Shown here one piece after another: positions 8,514 to 17,967 of a stretch of 64,000 nt of DNA. The DNA is from a virus. Lineage: Duplodnaviria > Heunggongvirae > Uroviricota > Caudoviricetes. The DNA is taken from positions 2,333 to 66,332 of the IMG/VR virus record IMGVR_UViG_3300036828_000686, one strand, 5' to 3'. The stretch's first letter is position 1; each line of letters starts with the position of its first letter. The notes under the pieces are model-generated. The model saw only the letters and a list, made by a program, of their open reading frames with translations. It had not been told where the DNA came from and did no database searches. The translations under genes were made by a program, and so were the position numbers.

Positions 8514-8544
8514 TGTAAGGCCGTATGTGTATGTGTATGTAATT
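8514..8544. repeat. GGCCGTATGTGTATGTGTATGTAATT element (copy 4)
   Basis: read directly. Confidence 0.6.
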
Positions 8545-8576
8545 AAATGACCGCGACCCGGAAAGGAAAATGGATC

Positions 8577-9044
8577 ATGACTAGCAGAATGTCACCCGAG
8601 GCGGAGGCACGGTACGCGCTGGCTAACCACGTCGCCCGTGGCGACCTGTCCATGGCCGCCCAGCTTGAGTACGACCGGATAGAGCCGTACTGGGCGGACG
8701 GCCTGCCCGTTCCTGGCAGTACACAGGCGAGCCCTGCGGGCAAGCCTGACCGGACCGCCCCGGCTGTCCATGACGGCTACGCGATAGCCAGCCTTGTGCT
8801 GTCCCTGGTATGGCTGGGCGGCCTGGGCGGCATCCTGGCCCTGATCTTCGGGAGCATGTCATGCGATGAGGCACGCAAGGCTGGCCGGCAGAACAGCGGC
8901 ATGGCCATCGCCGGGATCTGGCTGTCAGTGCTGGGCTTCATCGGCACCGTCATCCTGATCATTGTGCTGGTCAAGGCGGGCAGTCATCCCTGCACCATCA
9001 CCACCCCTGACTACCCGTACTGCCTGCCCGGCATGGGCGGCTAA
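8577..9044 (+). CDS. DUF4190-like membrane protein
   Basis: LGGLGGILALIFG...AIAGIWLSVLGFIGTVILIIVL hydrophobic core typical of the actinobacterial DUF4190 family. Confidence 0.45.
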   Translation: MTSRMSPEAEARYALANHVARGDLSMAAQLEYDRIEPYWADGLPVPGSTQASPAGKPDRTAPAVHDGYAIASLVLSLVWLGGLGGILALIFGSMSCDEARKAGRQNSGMAIAGIWLSVLGFIGTVILIIVLVKAGSHPCTITTPDYPYCLPGMGG

Positions 9045-9123
9045 GCCGCCGCGACCGCATGTGAGGAATAGCTGGACAGTAACCGGGGTTACTGATACTG
9101 TACGATACAGAGAGGAACGGATC

Positions 9124-9519
9124 ATGTTCGTTTTCACCGAAGATGACCTGCGCTACGCCCTTGGCGTCGTGCACGGCCACGGGGAGTCCGAGGACCCTGC
9201 CACGAACGGCGGGGCCACGTTCTGGTACCCCAAGTTCGAGAAGGCGCTGAGGCAGCGCCGGGCCATGCAGCTGGTCGTGCCGGGAGCGACCGATGCCCCC
9301 GTGCCTTACGCCACGGCCGTGCCCGTGCCGGCGGTCAGCGGGACGGTCAGGATCAGCAGCGTCTACGGCCAGAACTGGCCAGAGATCTGCGACAAGGCCC
9401 GCGAGCTGGCGGGCATGCCGTACGGCGAGGTCAGCCTCCTGCAAAAGGACTCCGCTATGTGGTGGCACCAGACGAAGGGGGCCTACTACGCGAACGTGGA
9501 AGTGAGGTCCCGGTCATGA
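9124..9519 (+). CDS. hypothetical protein
   Basis: ATG after GATACAGAGAGGAACGGATCATG motif. Confidence 0.5.
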   Translation: MFVFTEDDLRYALGVVHGHGESEDPATNGGATFWYPKFEKALRQRRAMQLVVPGATDAPVPYATAVPVPAVSGTVRISSVYGQNWPEICDKARELAGMPYGEVSLLQKDSAMWWHQTKGAYYANVEVRSRS

Positions 9520-9737
9520 CGACGGAGATCGTACTGACTGAGGAACAGCTAGCAGCTGCCAGGGCCGAGCTGGACCGCCGCGAGGCGGCCAGGTCAAAGA
9601 GGTACCACGACGAGTACGTGGCGCGGGAGCGGGCTGCTGAGCAGCAGTTCACGGACAAGATGGACCGCGCGTATCCCGGCGTTGACCGGGACACCCGCTA
9701 CTCGATTTACAGCGACTACCGCGACTTCTACGAGTGA
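9516..9737 (+). CDS. hypothetical small protein
   Basis: ATGA overlap. Confidence 0.45.
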   Translation: MTTEIVLTEEQLAAARAELDRREAARSKRYHDEYVARERAAEQQFTDKMDRAYPGVDRDTRYSIYSDYRDFYE

Positions 9738-9753
9738 CAGGAGGGTTCCCAAG

Positions 9754-11178
9754 GTGACTACCGAGACAGGTTTCGCAGAGGAGCTGGCCCGCCGCCAGCA
9801 GCTACGCGATAACGCACGGGCACAGCCGGACGTGCTGCCCGCGTCGCACAAGTCTTGCGAACCCGCAATAGTTGTGCGACCCGAGCCCGAGGTGCCGCTG
9901 TTCACCCCGGCCAGCGTGGCCGGGCTGATCCCCTACACCCAGGTGCCGCGCACTCCGACGATCTACCTGTCGCGTGAGCCGGTCGCACTGATGCGCGGCG
10001 GCGTCGTCGTGCTGGCTGGCCCTGGCGGCTACGGCAAGGGCACGTCGATCGCGGACCTGGCTGCCCGCGTGACACGCGGCGAGCTGCTGCTGGGCGGCCG
10101 TCCCGGCAGCGTCTTGTGGTGCGGCTATGAGGACCGGCAGGACGAGACGATGAGCTGGCGCCTGGACGCGGCCGGCGCGGACGGGCGGTTCGTGTTCGAC
10201 ATCACCGACATCCCTGGCCACGGCAAGTTCGGGATAGATGCCGCGAGCAGCAAGGCACCGGACTCCGTGCCGGTCCTGGCGGCCAAGATCACCGCCCTGG
10301 CGGATGCGGCGCGGCGCGGCGAGATCAGTGGCGTGCCCGGCGAGGGCATGCCGGTCCTGGTTGTGATCGACCCGCTGTTCAAGGCGATCAGCGGCGGCAC
10401 GATCCGCCAGGGCGACGGTCCGGGCCGGGTGATGGCCAAGCTGGACAAGGTGGCCCGCACCACGGGCGTCACCATCGTGCTTCCTCATCACATGAATTGG
10501 GGAGGAAAGATCGGCGGCGGCGTGGGCATCGTCGATAGCGCCCGCCTGGTCTACATCGTGGAGCGGGAGGACGCCGAGGCTGGCGTCTACGCCCTCCGGC
10601 CGTATAAGGCCAACGGGGTGAATCTCGACACCGCGGCTGCTGCCCGCTACCAGATCGTGGGGGCCGGCAAGCAGGCGCATGTGATCTGGCTGCCACCGGA
10701 GACCACCAACGCCGGGTCTGAGTACGCATGGAGGGTGGAAGCCCTGGACGTCCTGCCGCCTGAGGCATTCGAGGGCGAGGCCGCCGGGGAGCCAGAGCCG
10801 CCGGCCATCGAGGCTGGCCCTGCTGTCCCGCCGAGCCCCTACACCGGGAAGCCGCCTACCTCCTACGCGGAGGATGACGCCATCGCGGAGGCCGAGCTGG
10901 TCCCGCTGATGATCAAGGCCGCGTTCCGCAAGGGCGGCCAGGCGTACACCTACACCGTTGACCCTGACCAGCCGGTTGAGGTGGGCGACCGGGTAGCCGT
11001 GATGACGCCGAAGGGCCAGGCGTACGCCGATGTCACGCAGATCGGCAGCGACTACACGGGCCCGGGTGACGTCCTGAAGCCGGTGCTGTACGTGACCGGC
11101 AAGCCCAGCGTGGCTGAGCACCTGGACGCTATCGACAGCAACATGGTCACACTGCGAGGACGAGGAGGCAGGAAATGA
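9754..11178 (+). CDS. RecA-fold P-loop ATPase (AAA_25/DnaB-like; candidate replicative helicase/RepA)
   Basis: Walker A VLAGPGGYGKGTS, Walker B VLVVIDPL; GTG start after GGAGGG. Confidence 0.55.
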   Translation: MTTETGFAEELARRQQLRDNARAQPDVLPASHKSCEPAIVVRPEPEVPLFTPASVAGLIPYTQVPRTPTIYLSREPVALMRGGVVVLAGPGGYGKGTSIADLAARVTRGELLLGGRPGSVLWCGYEDRQDETMSWRLDAAGADGRFVFDITDIPGHGKFGIDAASSKAPDSVPVLAAKITALADAARRGEISGVPGEGMPVLVVIDPLFKAISGGTIRQGDGPGRVMAKLDKVARTTGVTIVLPHHMNWGGKIGGGVGIVDSARLVYIVEREDAEAGVYALRPYKANGVNLDTAAAARYQIVGAGKQAHVIWLPPETTNAGSEYAWRVEALDVLPPEAFEGEAAGEPEPPAIEAGPAVPPSPYTGKPPTSYAEDDAIAEAELVPLMIKAAFRKGGQAYTYTVDPDQPVEVGDRVAVMTPKGQAYADVTQIGSDYTGPGDVLKPVLYVTGKPSVAEHLDAIDSNMVTLRGRGGRK

Positions 11179-11447
11179 GCACGAAGCCGGTGGCCTACGT
11201 GGGCCAGAGCGTTATCGCGTCCTGGCTGGGCGTGACCGGCGCGGCAGTGTCCAACTGGATCAGGGCCCGGTACCCCGATTCCGTCCCCGTCCCCGACGTG
11301 GTGGTCGTAGCGGCATCCGGGGACGAGGTTCTGGGCTGGAAGCCTGGCCGCCGTGAGGAATGGGAGACGTGGCGCCGCGACAAGGTGCTCCCGAAGGGTC
11401 CCCGCCGTCACTACGTCACTGACGAGGACCGGAAGGACTGGCAGTAA
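11175..11447 (+). CDS. helix-turn-helix DNA-binding protein
   Basis: VAYVGQSVIASWLGVTGAAVSNWIRA HTH-like. Confidence 0.45.
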   Translation: MSTKPVAYVGQSVIASWLGVTGAAVSNWIRARYPDSVPVPDVVVVAASGDEVLGWKPGRREEWETWRRDKVLPKGPRRHYVTDEDRKDWQ

Positions 11448-11737
11448 TGCACTTCACCGATGAGGCGTGGGCGCACATGACCCACGAGGGCAAGCCGAAC
11501 GCACGCCGTGTCCGGCTTGTCCGGGAGAGGTCCCTGAGCCACTACGGCAGGAGCGTCCGGGATGAGCGGCTGGCGCTGGCCCACCAGTCGGTGCGCAACC
11601 CTGAGCTGCGCGAGCGCATGCAGCTGTTCTGCATGCGCGGCGGCCTGGAAGCCATCGTTCCCGGCGTGGCCGCGAGCGCGGCCAGTGAGCGCTACTACGA
11701 CAAGACCCACGGCGGCGACTGGCCTGAGGACCATTAG
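11447..11737 (+). CDS. hypothetical protein
   Basis: TAATG overlap. Confidence 0.45.
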   Translation: MHFTDEAWAHMTHEGKPNARRVRLVRERSLSHYGRSVRDERLALAHQSVRNPELRERMQLFCMRGGLEAIVPGVAASAASERYYDKTHGGDWPEDH

Positions 11738-11889
11738 CCCGTGACGTGGATCTTGCTGGGCGAGCGGTGGCTGCCCGTCGCGGTAGCGGCGGGCGCCCTG
11801 ATCGGCGCCACCGTGAGGGCGTGGAAGGTGCTGCGGCACGGCAGTGATGACTACTACGACGAAGAGGACTACGACGAGGAAGAGGAGCT

Positions 11890-12181
11890 ATGAGCAACAG
11901 CATTCAGCATCGCAGGTACATCATCGCCAGGCCCGAGAAGAGTGGCGCCCCGCTGGTCCGCAACGGCAACGTCCCGCATCGGAGCTGGCCGATGACGATC
12001 ACGGCCAGGACGGTCGCCGGACCGTCCGGGACAGAGGACCGGGAGGTTCACCTGATCATCGACAACGACACCGACCTGGACATCCTGGAGTGTGGAGGGC
12101 CTGGTCGCCAAGGGCCTGATCACCGCCGAGTGGCAGGAGCGCACCGTCACGCTCAGGCTGCGCAAGGAGGGCTGGGAATGA
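11890..12181 (+). CDS. hypothetical protein with apparent +1 frame change near 12090
   Basis: GC3 about 90% in frame 1 up to about 12090, then about 94% in the +1 frame until TGA at 12179-12181, which overlaps the ATG of the next gene. Confidence 0.3.
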
Positions 12182-12339
12182 AGCTGTTCTACGTTCTGAG
12201 GACCGGCGGCCGTTCAGGCGGCCGGTTCTGGGACGGCCCGTTTTACACCAGGCAGCGCGCTGAGAGTGAGCTGCACATGACGATCGACAGGGCAAATGCG
12301 TTCATCACCGAAAGAGAGGAACCCGATGGAGATCACTGA
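12178..12339 (+). CDS. hypothetical small protein
   Basis: ATGA overlap with the shifted frame. Confidence 0.4.
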   Translation: MKLFYVLRTGGRSGGRFWDGPFYTRQRAESELHMTIDRANAFITEREEPDGDH

Positions 12340-12565
12340 GCTGCGCGAGAACTGGCTGCTGCAGCGTGGCGCGCTGCTGGTCAAGGTCAGCACCGTCTAC
12401 CCGGAGCGGTTCACCGCGACGGTGTGCCTGGAGGCTGGCAAGGCACCGGAGCGGACCACGGTCCGCACCTACCTGGCCATGGACGCCGCCTTGTTCCACG
12501 AGCCTGACGACAAGATCCTCCGCAGGTACGACACTGTCTACGGCTTCACCAGGGAGACGTCATGA
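12326..12565 (+). CDS. hypothetical protein
   Basis: ORF after AGAGAGGAACCCGATGG. Confidence 0.45.
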   Translation: MEITELRENWLLQRGALLVKVSTVYPERFTATVCLEAGKAPERTTVRTYLAMDAALFHEPDDKILRRYDTVYGFTRETS

Positions 12566-13074
12566 TCGACATGAACTACCAGGATGTGCTGGCAGCCGTG
12601 CGCCAGGTCGCCGCGGACGCCAGGCACGGCGGCTCGTGGTCCAGCTACGCACTGCCCGACGCCGTGGCCATCGTGACCGGGGTGCGGGAGCAGTATCACC
12701 GCCCGTCCACGAGCACGGAGTACGACGCGGTGCAGCGGTTCAGCCGCCAGGTGCTGCGGGCCGCTGGCGCCCTGGCCGCCGAGGGCACCCTGGTCAAGTA
12801 CGGCCGGGGCGAGATGACGCCCGGGGGCCATCGTCTCGGCAACGAGGCCATGTTCTACACGCCCGCCGCGCACCAGGCGGCCGTGGCCGAGGCGGACGTC
12901 AGGGCCGGCGCAGCCCGCGAGGAGGCACGGCGCTGGGCTGCGGTCTACGACGAGCTGACCGCCCGGGGAGCTGAGTTCGTCCCCGAGCACTGGCAGGCGG
13001 ACAAGTCGCTGATCCGTGGCAAGACGCTGTGCCTGACCCTGGCCGGATTCGAGAAGCTGCTGCTCGGAGGCTGA
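12562..13074 (+). CDS. hypothetical protein
   Basis: ATGA overlap. Confidence 0.5.
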   Translation: MIDMNYQDVLAAVRQVAADARHGGSWSSYALPDAVAIVTGVREQYHRPSTSTEYDAVQRFSRQVLRAAGALAAEGTLVKYGRGEMTPGGHRLGNEAMFYTPAAHQAAVAEADVRAGAAREEARRWAAVYDELTARGAEFVPEHWQADKSLIRGKTLCLTLAGFEKLLLGG

Positions 13075-13079
13075 CGACG

Positions 13080-13238
13080 ATGCCCGGGGAAGCGCACGAG
13101 CAGGGCCGTTCACCGCGCGAGATACCTGCCAGGTATGACGGCCGGTGCGCGAGGTGCGGGCGGCCGAAGATCCTCAAAGGCGACCCGATCAAGCCCATCC
13201 CGGGTGAGGACGGCTGGCTCTGTGAAGATTGCGCATGA
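13080..13238 (+). CDS. Zn-ribbon small protein
   Basis: CARCGRP...CEDC. Confidence 0.4.
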   Translation: MPGEAHEQGRSPREIPARYDGRCARCGRPKILKGDPIKPIPGEDGWLCEDCA

Positions 13239-13627
13239 TCGTGGTCGAGGTCACCGTCGTGGTGATCGTGGTCGTGATCCCCGCCGGGACGACCCTGATC
13301 GTCTGGTGGCTCTACAAGCACAAGACCGTCACGCACTGGGGGAAGATCCCCCGCTGGAAGAAATGCAGGAAATGCAAGGGCTGGGGTGCCCTGGATAAGG
13401 ATGGCGAGCCGTTCGCCCAGGACCCGCGGACCCTATCCCACGTGATGTGGGCGCACGGCAACTCCCGCACCTGCCGGCCCTGCAACGGCCACGGGTTCAA
13501 GCCCGACCGGACCCCGGTGCATCCGCGGCCGGTGACCGTGCTGACCAAGTCCGACGACCCGCCGCCCACCCTGTTCACCGACGAAACCGAGGAAGGAGGC
13601 AACGATGACGGCGAACGAGACGAATGA
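13229..13627 (+). CDS. membrane-anchored Zn-ribbon protein
   Basis: N-term VVVIVVVIPAGTTLIVWW, then CRKCKGWG...CRPCNGHG. Confidence 0.45.
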   Translation: MRMIVVEVTVVVIVVVIPAGTTLIVWWLYKHKTVTHWGKIPRWKKCRKCKGWGALDKDGEPFAQDPRTLSHVMWAHGNSRTCRPCNGHGFKPDRTPVHPRPVTVLTKSDDPPPTLFTDETEEGGNDDGERDE

Positions 13628-13859
13628 GATCGTGCTGCGCCCGCGCACGGCGATGGAGCGGGCGAAGTACGCGGGAGACAAGCTCACCGCCATACAGACC
13701 CAGCAGCTCGCCCTGAGCATGGTCCGCCGCGACGCCGTCCGCGAGCTGGCTAAGACGATGACGTACCGGGAGATCGGTGCCGAGCTGGGCATTTCAGCCC
13801 CGAGAGTCTCGCAGATCGTCGGGAAGGGCTGGAAGAAGCCACCCCGGAGGAAGAAATGA
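13605..13859 (+). CDS. sigma-70 region-4-like HTH protein
   Basis: MTYREIGAELGISAPRVSQIV resembles sigma r4 / LuxR HTH. Confidence 0.4.
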   Translation: MTANETNEIVLRPRTAMERAKYAGDKLTAIQTQQLALSMVRRDAVRELAKTMTYREIGAELGISAPRVSQIVGKGWKKPPRRKK

Positions 13860-14065
13860 GCGTTGTCACGGTCTACGTCTGCGACCTGTGCAGGTCGCAG
13901 ACGGAATCGGCCAGGGCCATGGTGCATGTCATGGTGCGGCGCAACATCGCAGACGCACGTAGCGCGCGGCCCGGCATGGACCTATGCGCAGAGTGCATGG
14001 GGCGCCCGGTCCGGGACGTGGTCTCCGCCCTGATGCCAGCCGTGGACTTTGACGGGAAGGAATAA
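13856..14065 (+). CDS. Zn-ribbon small protein
   Basis: CDLC...CAEC. Confidence 0.4.
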   Translation: MSVVTVYVCDLCRSQTESARAMVHVMVRRNIADARSARPGMDLCAECMGRPVRDVVSALMPAVDFDGKE

Positions 14066-14101
14066 AACACTTGCACACTTTGCTCTACTGTATGATAGCT
14101 G

Positions 14102-15130
14102 ATGACCCGGCGCATCTATAAGTTCGGCGGGCGCGTGCCGGAAGATCTGGCCGCGTCCAGCGCGGACGTGGCCAGGCTGACCCGGCCGCAGCGCGAACAG
14201 CGCGTCCAGCGCCTGGTCGGGCATGCCGGTGACATGCTCGACCAGGCGCTGGACCTGGCCGCCTGGCACGGTTCCGGCGCCACCCCGCGGCTCGCGAAGC
14301 CACGCGAGGTAGCCGGCGTCCTGGCCTTGTTCTCGGGCGGCAACGACTCCACCACGCTTGCCCACCTGTTCCGCGACCGGGTGACAGGCTTCGCCCACGC
14401 CAACACGACGGTGGGCCTGGAGGCCACCCGGGAGTACGTCCGGGCAACGTCTTCCCTGTGGGGCGTGCCGTTGCTGGAGCGCAGCTCGCCTAAGAGCTGG
14501 GAGGACTCCTATGCGGCACTGGTGCGCGAGCGCGGGTTTCCTGGCCCGGGACAGCACTACAAGATGTTCCAGCGGCTGAAGGAGCACGCGCTTTACGCGA
14601 TAAGCCGCGAGATCGTCACCAATGGCAACCGGCAGCGGGTGGTTTTCGTGGCAGGCCGCCGCCGGGAGGAGTCGCGGCGGCGGGCCGACGTGCCCGAGCT
14701 GGAGCGGCGCGACTCGATCATGTGGGTCAGCCCGCTGGTGGCCTGGACCAAGATGGACCTCAACACCTATCGCCTCATGTGCGGCGACGTTCCCGTTAAT
14801 GAGGTGGCTGACCTGCTGCACATGAGCGGGGAATGCCTGTGCGGTGCGTTCGCCCAGGCCGGTGAGCTGGAGATGGTCCTGCAATGGTTCGCCAGTGATC
14901 CGGGCATCGAGGTCATCCGCGAGCTGGAGGACGAGCTGGCTGCCCGCGAGGACATCCCGCCGATGCGCCGCAAATGGGGCTGGGGTGCCTACGTCAAAGA
15001 TCCCCAGGCCCTCATGGCCCGGTCCCGGATGGGCGCGCTGTGCGGTTGCGTATCGCGGCTTGAGCCCGCAGATGATACACGAGAGGCCGCGGACTTCGGT
15101 ACTGCCCGGCAACCGGGCAGATCCTACTAG
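14102..15130 (+). CDS. PAPS-reductase-family (PP-loop ATP pyrophosphatase) protein
   Basis: PP-loop LALFSGGNDSTT; overall similarity to phosphoadenosine phosphosulfate reductase / DndC-like phage proteins; preceded by TTTGCTCTACTGTATGATA motif. Confidence 0.6.
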   Translation: MTRRIYKFGGRVPEDLAASSADVARLTRPQREQRVQRLVGHAGDMLDQALDLAAWHGSGATPRLAKPREVAGVLALFSGGNDSTTLAHLFRDRVTGFAHANTTVGLEATREYVRATSSLWGVPLLERSSPKSWEDSYAALVRERGFPGPGQHYKMFQRLKEHALYAISREIVTNGNRQRVVFVAGRRREESRRRADVPELERRDSIMWVSPLVAWTKMDLNTYRLMCGDVPVNEVADLLHMSGECLCGAFAQAGELEMVLQWFASDPGIEVIRELEDELAAREDIPPMRRKWGWGAYVKDPQALMARSRMGALCGCVSRLEPADDTREAADFGTARQPGRSY

Positions 15131-15142
15131 CGGCCTCTCGTG
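15078..15142. terminator. 13-bp inverted repeat CACGAGAGGCCGC...GCGGCCTCTCGTG with internal hairpin CTGCCCGG-CAA-CCGGGCAG
   Basis: read directly; overlaps 3' end of the 14102 gene. Confidence 0.35.
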
Positions 15143-15207
15143 CCCCCAACAGCCGGGGCCCGCACACAAACGGTCCCTAACCGGAGGCTTCAGCGTATCC
15201 TTCCCCG

Positions 15208-15888
15208 GTGCCCCAGCAAGAGAAGTTCACCGCCCACCTGCCCGCCATGCTCGGCGCGACCGCTGCGACCGTGGCCGCGACCCTCGGCACCAGCTTCCTG
15301 GGTTTCGCCGGGACCCTGATCGGCGTGGTCGCCGGCAGCCTGATCATCGGTGGTGGGAGCTGGTGGGCGGAGCGGGCGATCCGCGGCAGCACCGCGCGGG
15401 CCAGGGCGCTGGCTGAGGCCCGCAGGCGCAAAGGCCGGGAGCTGAGCCCGGAGGAGACGCACTTCATCGCCGCTGTTGCCGGCGAGCGGCACAAGCAGGC
15501 TCATCGCGGGATTCCGTGGGCCCTGGCCGGGATGAGCGCCGGGGTGGTGCTGCTGGCCACGGTCGCCGTGATCCTGTTCATCGAGCTGGGCACCGGGAAG
15601 CCGGTCAGTGCCGTGGTGCAGGGTCACCGCGCCCACGGGCTGCTGGCGCCCGTGACGCCGTCCCCGTCGCTGACGCCCTCAGCCCAGCCGAGCCCGTCCG
15701 CAAGCCTCACACCGTCCCTGAGCCCCTCGCCGTCTCCCACGGTATCGCCGGGTACCTCTAGCGCTACACCGGGCCCTGTGACGACCACAGCGCCGCCTAG
15801 CACCAGCCCGTCTCCGTCGCCTGCCCCGGATTTTTCGTCCAGGGGAGGAAATGGCAGTTCGCTGCCAGCGGCGGTGCCTTCAGCCTGA
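15208..15888 (+). CDS. membrane protein with Pro/Ser/Thr-rich C-terminal tail
   Basis: three hydrophobic segments; PSPSLTPSAQPSPSASLTPSLSPSPSP. Confidence 0.5.
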   Translation: MPQQEKFTAHLPAMLGATAATVAATLGTSFLGFAGTLIGVVAGSLIIGGGSWWAERAIRGSTARARALAEARRRKGRELSPEETHFIAAVAGERHKQAHRGIPWALAGMSAGVVLLATVAVILFIELGTGKPVSAVVQGHRAHGLLAPVTPSPSLTPSAQPSPSASLTPSLSPSPSPTVSPGTSSATPGPVTTTAPPSTSPSPSPAPDFSSRGGNGSSLPAAVPSA

Positions 15889-15973
15889 GCTGAATCCCGT
15901 TTTTTGGCGCGGCAGGCCCTTTGGGTCTTCTGCGATACTAAAGCTATACTCTGCACCGACCAAGGAGATCACG

Positions 15974-16681
15974 ATGCCGAAGATCACGCACGTCAAGCGG
16001 GCCCAGGTCCGCTACCCCACCGTGCCCACCGTGGACGGCAACGGCAACCAGGTAGTCACGCCCGTACTGCGCCGCGACGGCCGCCAGAAGGTCACCAAGG
16101 CCGGCAAGGCCGTCTCCCGCCGCGCCACCCACGACGACCGCACCGCGGAACCACTGCCCAACCACAAGTGCGGCAGGTGCGGCACCGAGATCCTGCCCGG
16201 CATGCCCTACAAGTGGATGAGCCCGCGGTCCGGCCCGTACGGCGGCCGGAAGCTGTACCGCTGCGAGCCATGCCCGTCCTGGCAGCCGTGGGAATACTCC
16301 CAGTCCATGAACGCCCTGCTGGCCGAGATCAGCTACAACTTCGCCACCGCCCTGGACTCCGCCGAATCCGGGGACGACGTGCAGGGAGCCCTGGATGAGG
16401 CCGCCGAGAACGTCCGCTCGATAGCGGAGGGCAAGCGCGAATCCGCCCAGAACATGGAGGATGGCTTCCAGCATTCCACCTCCCAGTCCGAGGAACTGGC
16501 TGACACCGCCGGCCAGCTCGACAGCTGGGCCGATGAGATCGAGTCAGCCACGATCCCCGAGTTCCCTGAGGACGTGACAGAGGGCCCGGACGGCTGGGAC
16601 GCTGAAGCCGGGGAGAAGATCCAGGAGTGGCGCGAGGAAGTAGCTGCCGCCCTGGCCGTCGTAGACGAGCCCCCCGTATGA
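15974..16681 (+). CDS. hypothetical protein with Zn-ribbon (CGRCG...CEPC) and acidic C-terminus
   Basis: ATG after AAGGAGATCACG. Confidence 0.5.
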   Translation: MPKITHVKRAQVRYPTVPTVDGNGNQVVTPVLRRDGRQKVTKAGKAVSRRATHDDRTAEPLPNHKCGRCGTEILPGMPYKWMSPRSGPYGGRKLYRCEPCPSWQPWEYSQSMNALLAEISYNFATALDSAESGDDVQGALDEAAENVRSIAEGKRESAQNMEDGFQHSTSQSEELADTAGQLDSWADEIESATIPEFPEDVTEGPDGWDAEAGEKIQEWREEVAAALAVVDEPPV

Positions 16682-16938
16682 CCGGCCGGATCAGGGGCGT
16701 GCCCTGGTGGCGCTGGCTCACCTGGGCCTGCAGCATGGTCTACCTGATTCCCTGGTGGCTCATGTGCGGCTTCTGGGAACAGCGCCGCACCTTCATCACC
16801 CCGTGGGGAGTCACCGCTGACGGCGGGGAGATCGTCATCCCGTGGCGCGACGTTGTGCCCATGGACGAAATGCCGGCCCTGCTGGCCCGGCTGCGGGCAG
16901 AGAAGGAGGAGTCAATGAGGGAAGATGTCACCCGGTGA
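16678..16938 (+). CDS. small membrane protein
   Basis: ATGA overlap; WWRWLTWACSMVYLIPWWLMCGFW. Confidence 0.4.
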   Translation: MTGRIRGVPWWRWLTWACSMVYLIPWWLMCGFWEQRRTFITPWGVTADGGEIVIPWRDVVPMDEMPALLARLRAEKEESMREDVTR

Positions 16939-17084
16939 AGGGCTACGACATCAAGAAGGTCTACGTGATCATCTGCGACAGGTGCGGGATGGACATCACC
17001 CGGTCCCTGGACGGCGGGGAACCCGAGACCCGGGCCGCCGCCGAGGAGTGGGCCCGGGAACACGAGGAAAGCTGGCACACCTGA
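16935..17084 (+). CDS. hypothetical small protein
   Basis: GTGA overlap. Confidence 0.3.
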   Translation: MKGYDIKKVYVIICDRCGMDITRSLDGGEPETRAAAEEWAREHEESWHT

Positions 17085-17308
17085 TGTGGCGGCGCAAGCG
17101 GGACCGTGACCCGATCGGGCACCTGGACTTCGAGCCAGGCACCGTCCACAGCATCGACCTGAGCAGGGAAGCGCTCTACATCACCCTCGTCAAATGCAAG
17201 ACGTGCGGGGCGGTCATCCTCATCCGCCTCGGGCCCACGGCGATAGACGGCATAGCCGAGCACAAGCAGTACCACATCGACAGGGGCGAGGTCCTCGCAG
17301 AGGACTGA
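17084..17308 (+). CDS. hypothetical small protein (CKTCG)
   Basis: TGATG overlap. Confidence 0.4.
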   Translation: MWRRKRDRDPIGHLDFEPGTVHSIDLSREALYITLVKCKTCGAVILIRLGPTAIDGIAEHKQYHIDRGEVLAED

Positions 17309-17402
17309 ACAGTGGAACACCCGGAGGTCGTGGCGCGAATCGAACGCGCGTGCGCCGCTTTGCAGGCGGCTACCTAACCACTCGGTCACACGGCCAAGCT
17401 GT

Positions 17403-17690
17403 TTACCGTTCCAGCCCGTAGATCAGGTCAAGGCACTGGCCCTGGTGCCCGGCGTTGTCACGCTGGGCGTAACCCTCCAGGACCGGGTCCGCACCGGGCT
17501 GGCCGACACACAGATCCCCGCACACCGGGCAGTACCCCGCCGAGTAGCCGTCTTCCAGGGCCAGCTCGCGGACATCCTCCCAGGTGTAGCGGAGCACCGG
17601 CACGCTGCCGATCATCTCGGTCACGTTCCCGGCCACCAGCTCGGCCCTCTTCTCGGCCATCTTCCTGGCGTTCATCTCACTGATCCCCAT
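17403..17690 (-). CDS. hypothetical protein
   Basis: minus-strand ORF at the edge of the tRNA array; CPVCGDLC. Confidence 0.4.
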   Translation of the reverse strand: MGISEMNARKMAEKRAELVAGNVTEMIGSVPVLRYTWEDVRELALEDGYSAGYCPVCGDLCVGQPGADPVLEGYAQRDNAGHQGQCLDLIYGLER

Positions 17691-17889
17691 GGCCCGTAGT
17701 CTGCCAGCTATGATCAACCTTCCGCGCGAACAGGTAGACGCCCTCATTGACGCCGGCGCTGCAGCGCTGATCGCTCACGGTTACTCCGCAGAGGCAAAGC
17801 CCCACCCCCGGTGGATCGCCGCCGTCATCCTTGGCGCACTGGCACCGGAGCTGATCCCCGGCTCCACTCACGCAGAGGTGCCTGACTGA
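17689..17889 (+). CDS. hypothetical small protein (uncertain)
   Basis: moderate GC3; overlaps start of minus-strand gene. Confidence 0.2.
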   Translation: MARSLPAMINLPREQVDALIDAGAAALIAHGYSAEAKPHPRWIAAVILGALAPELIPGSTHAEVPD

Positions 17890-17890
17890 G

Positions 17891-17963
17891 CGGGCCAGGG
17901 GCGACTCGAACGCCCGACACCCGGGTTAGGAACCCGGCGCTCTATCCACTGAGCTACTGGTCC
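17891..17963 (-). tRNA. tRNA-Arg (anticodon CCT)
   Basis: manual cloverleaf: T-arm GGGCG-TTCGAGT-CGCCC, anticodon arm CCGGG-TTCCTAA-CCCGG; one acceptor mismatch. Confidence 0.55.
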
Positions 17964-17967
17964 ATGG

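Noticed and set aside
9802-11121. 439-aa minus-strand ORF antisense to the AAA ATPase
   Set aside because: Shadow ORF. The ATPase frame has Walker motifs.
13982-15169. 395-aa minus-strand ORF antisense to the PAPS reductase
   Set aside because: Shadow ORF.
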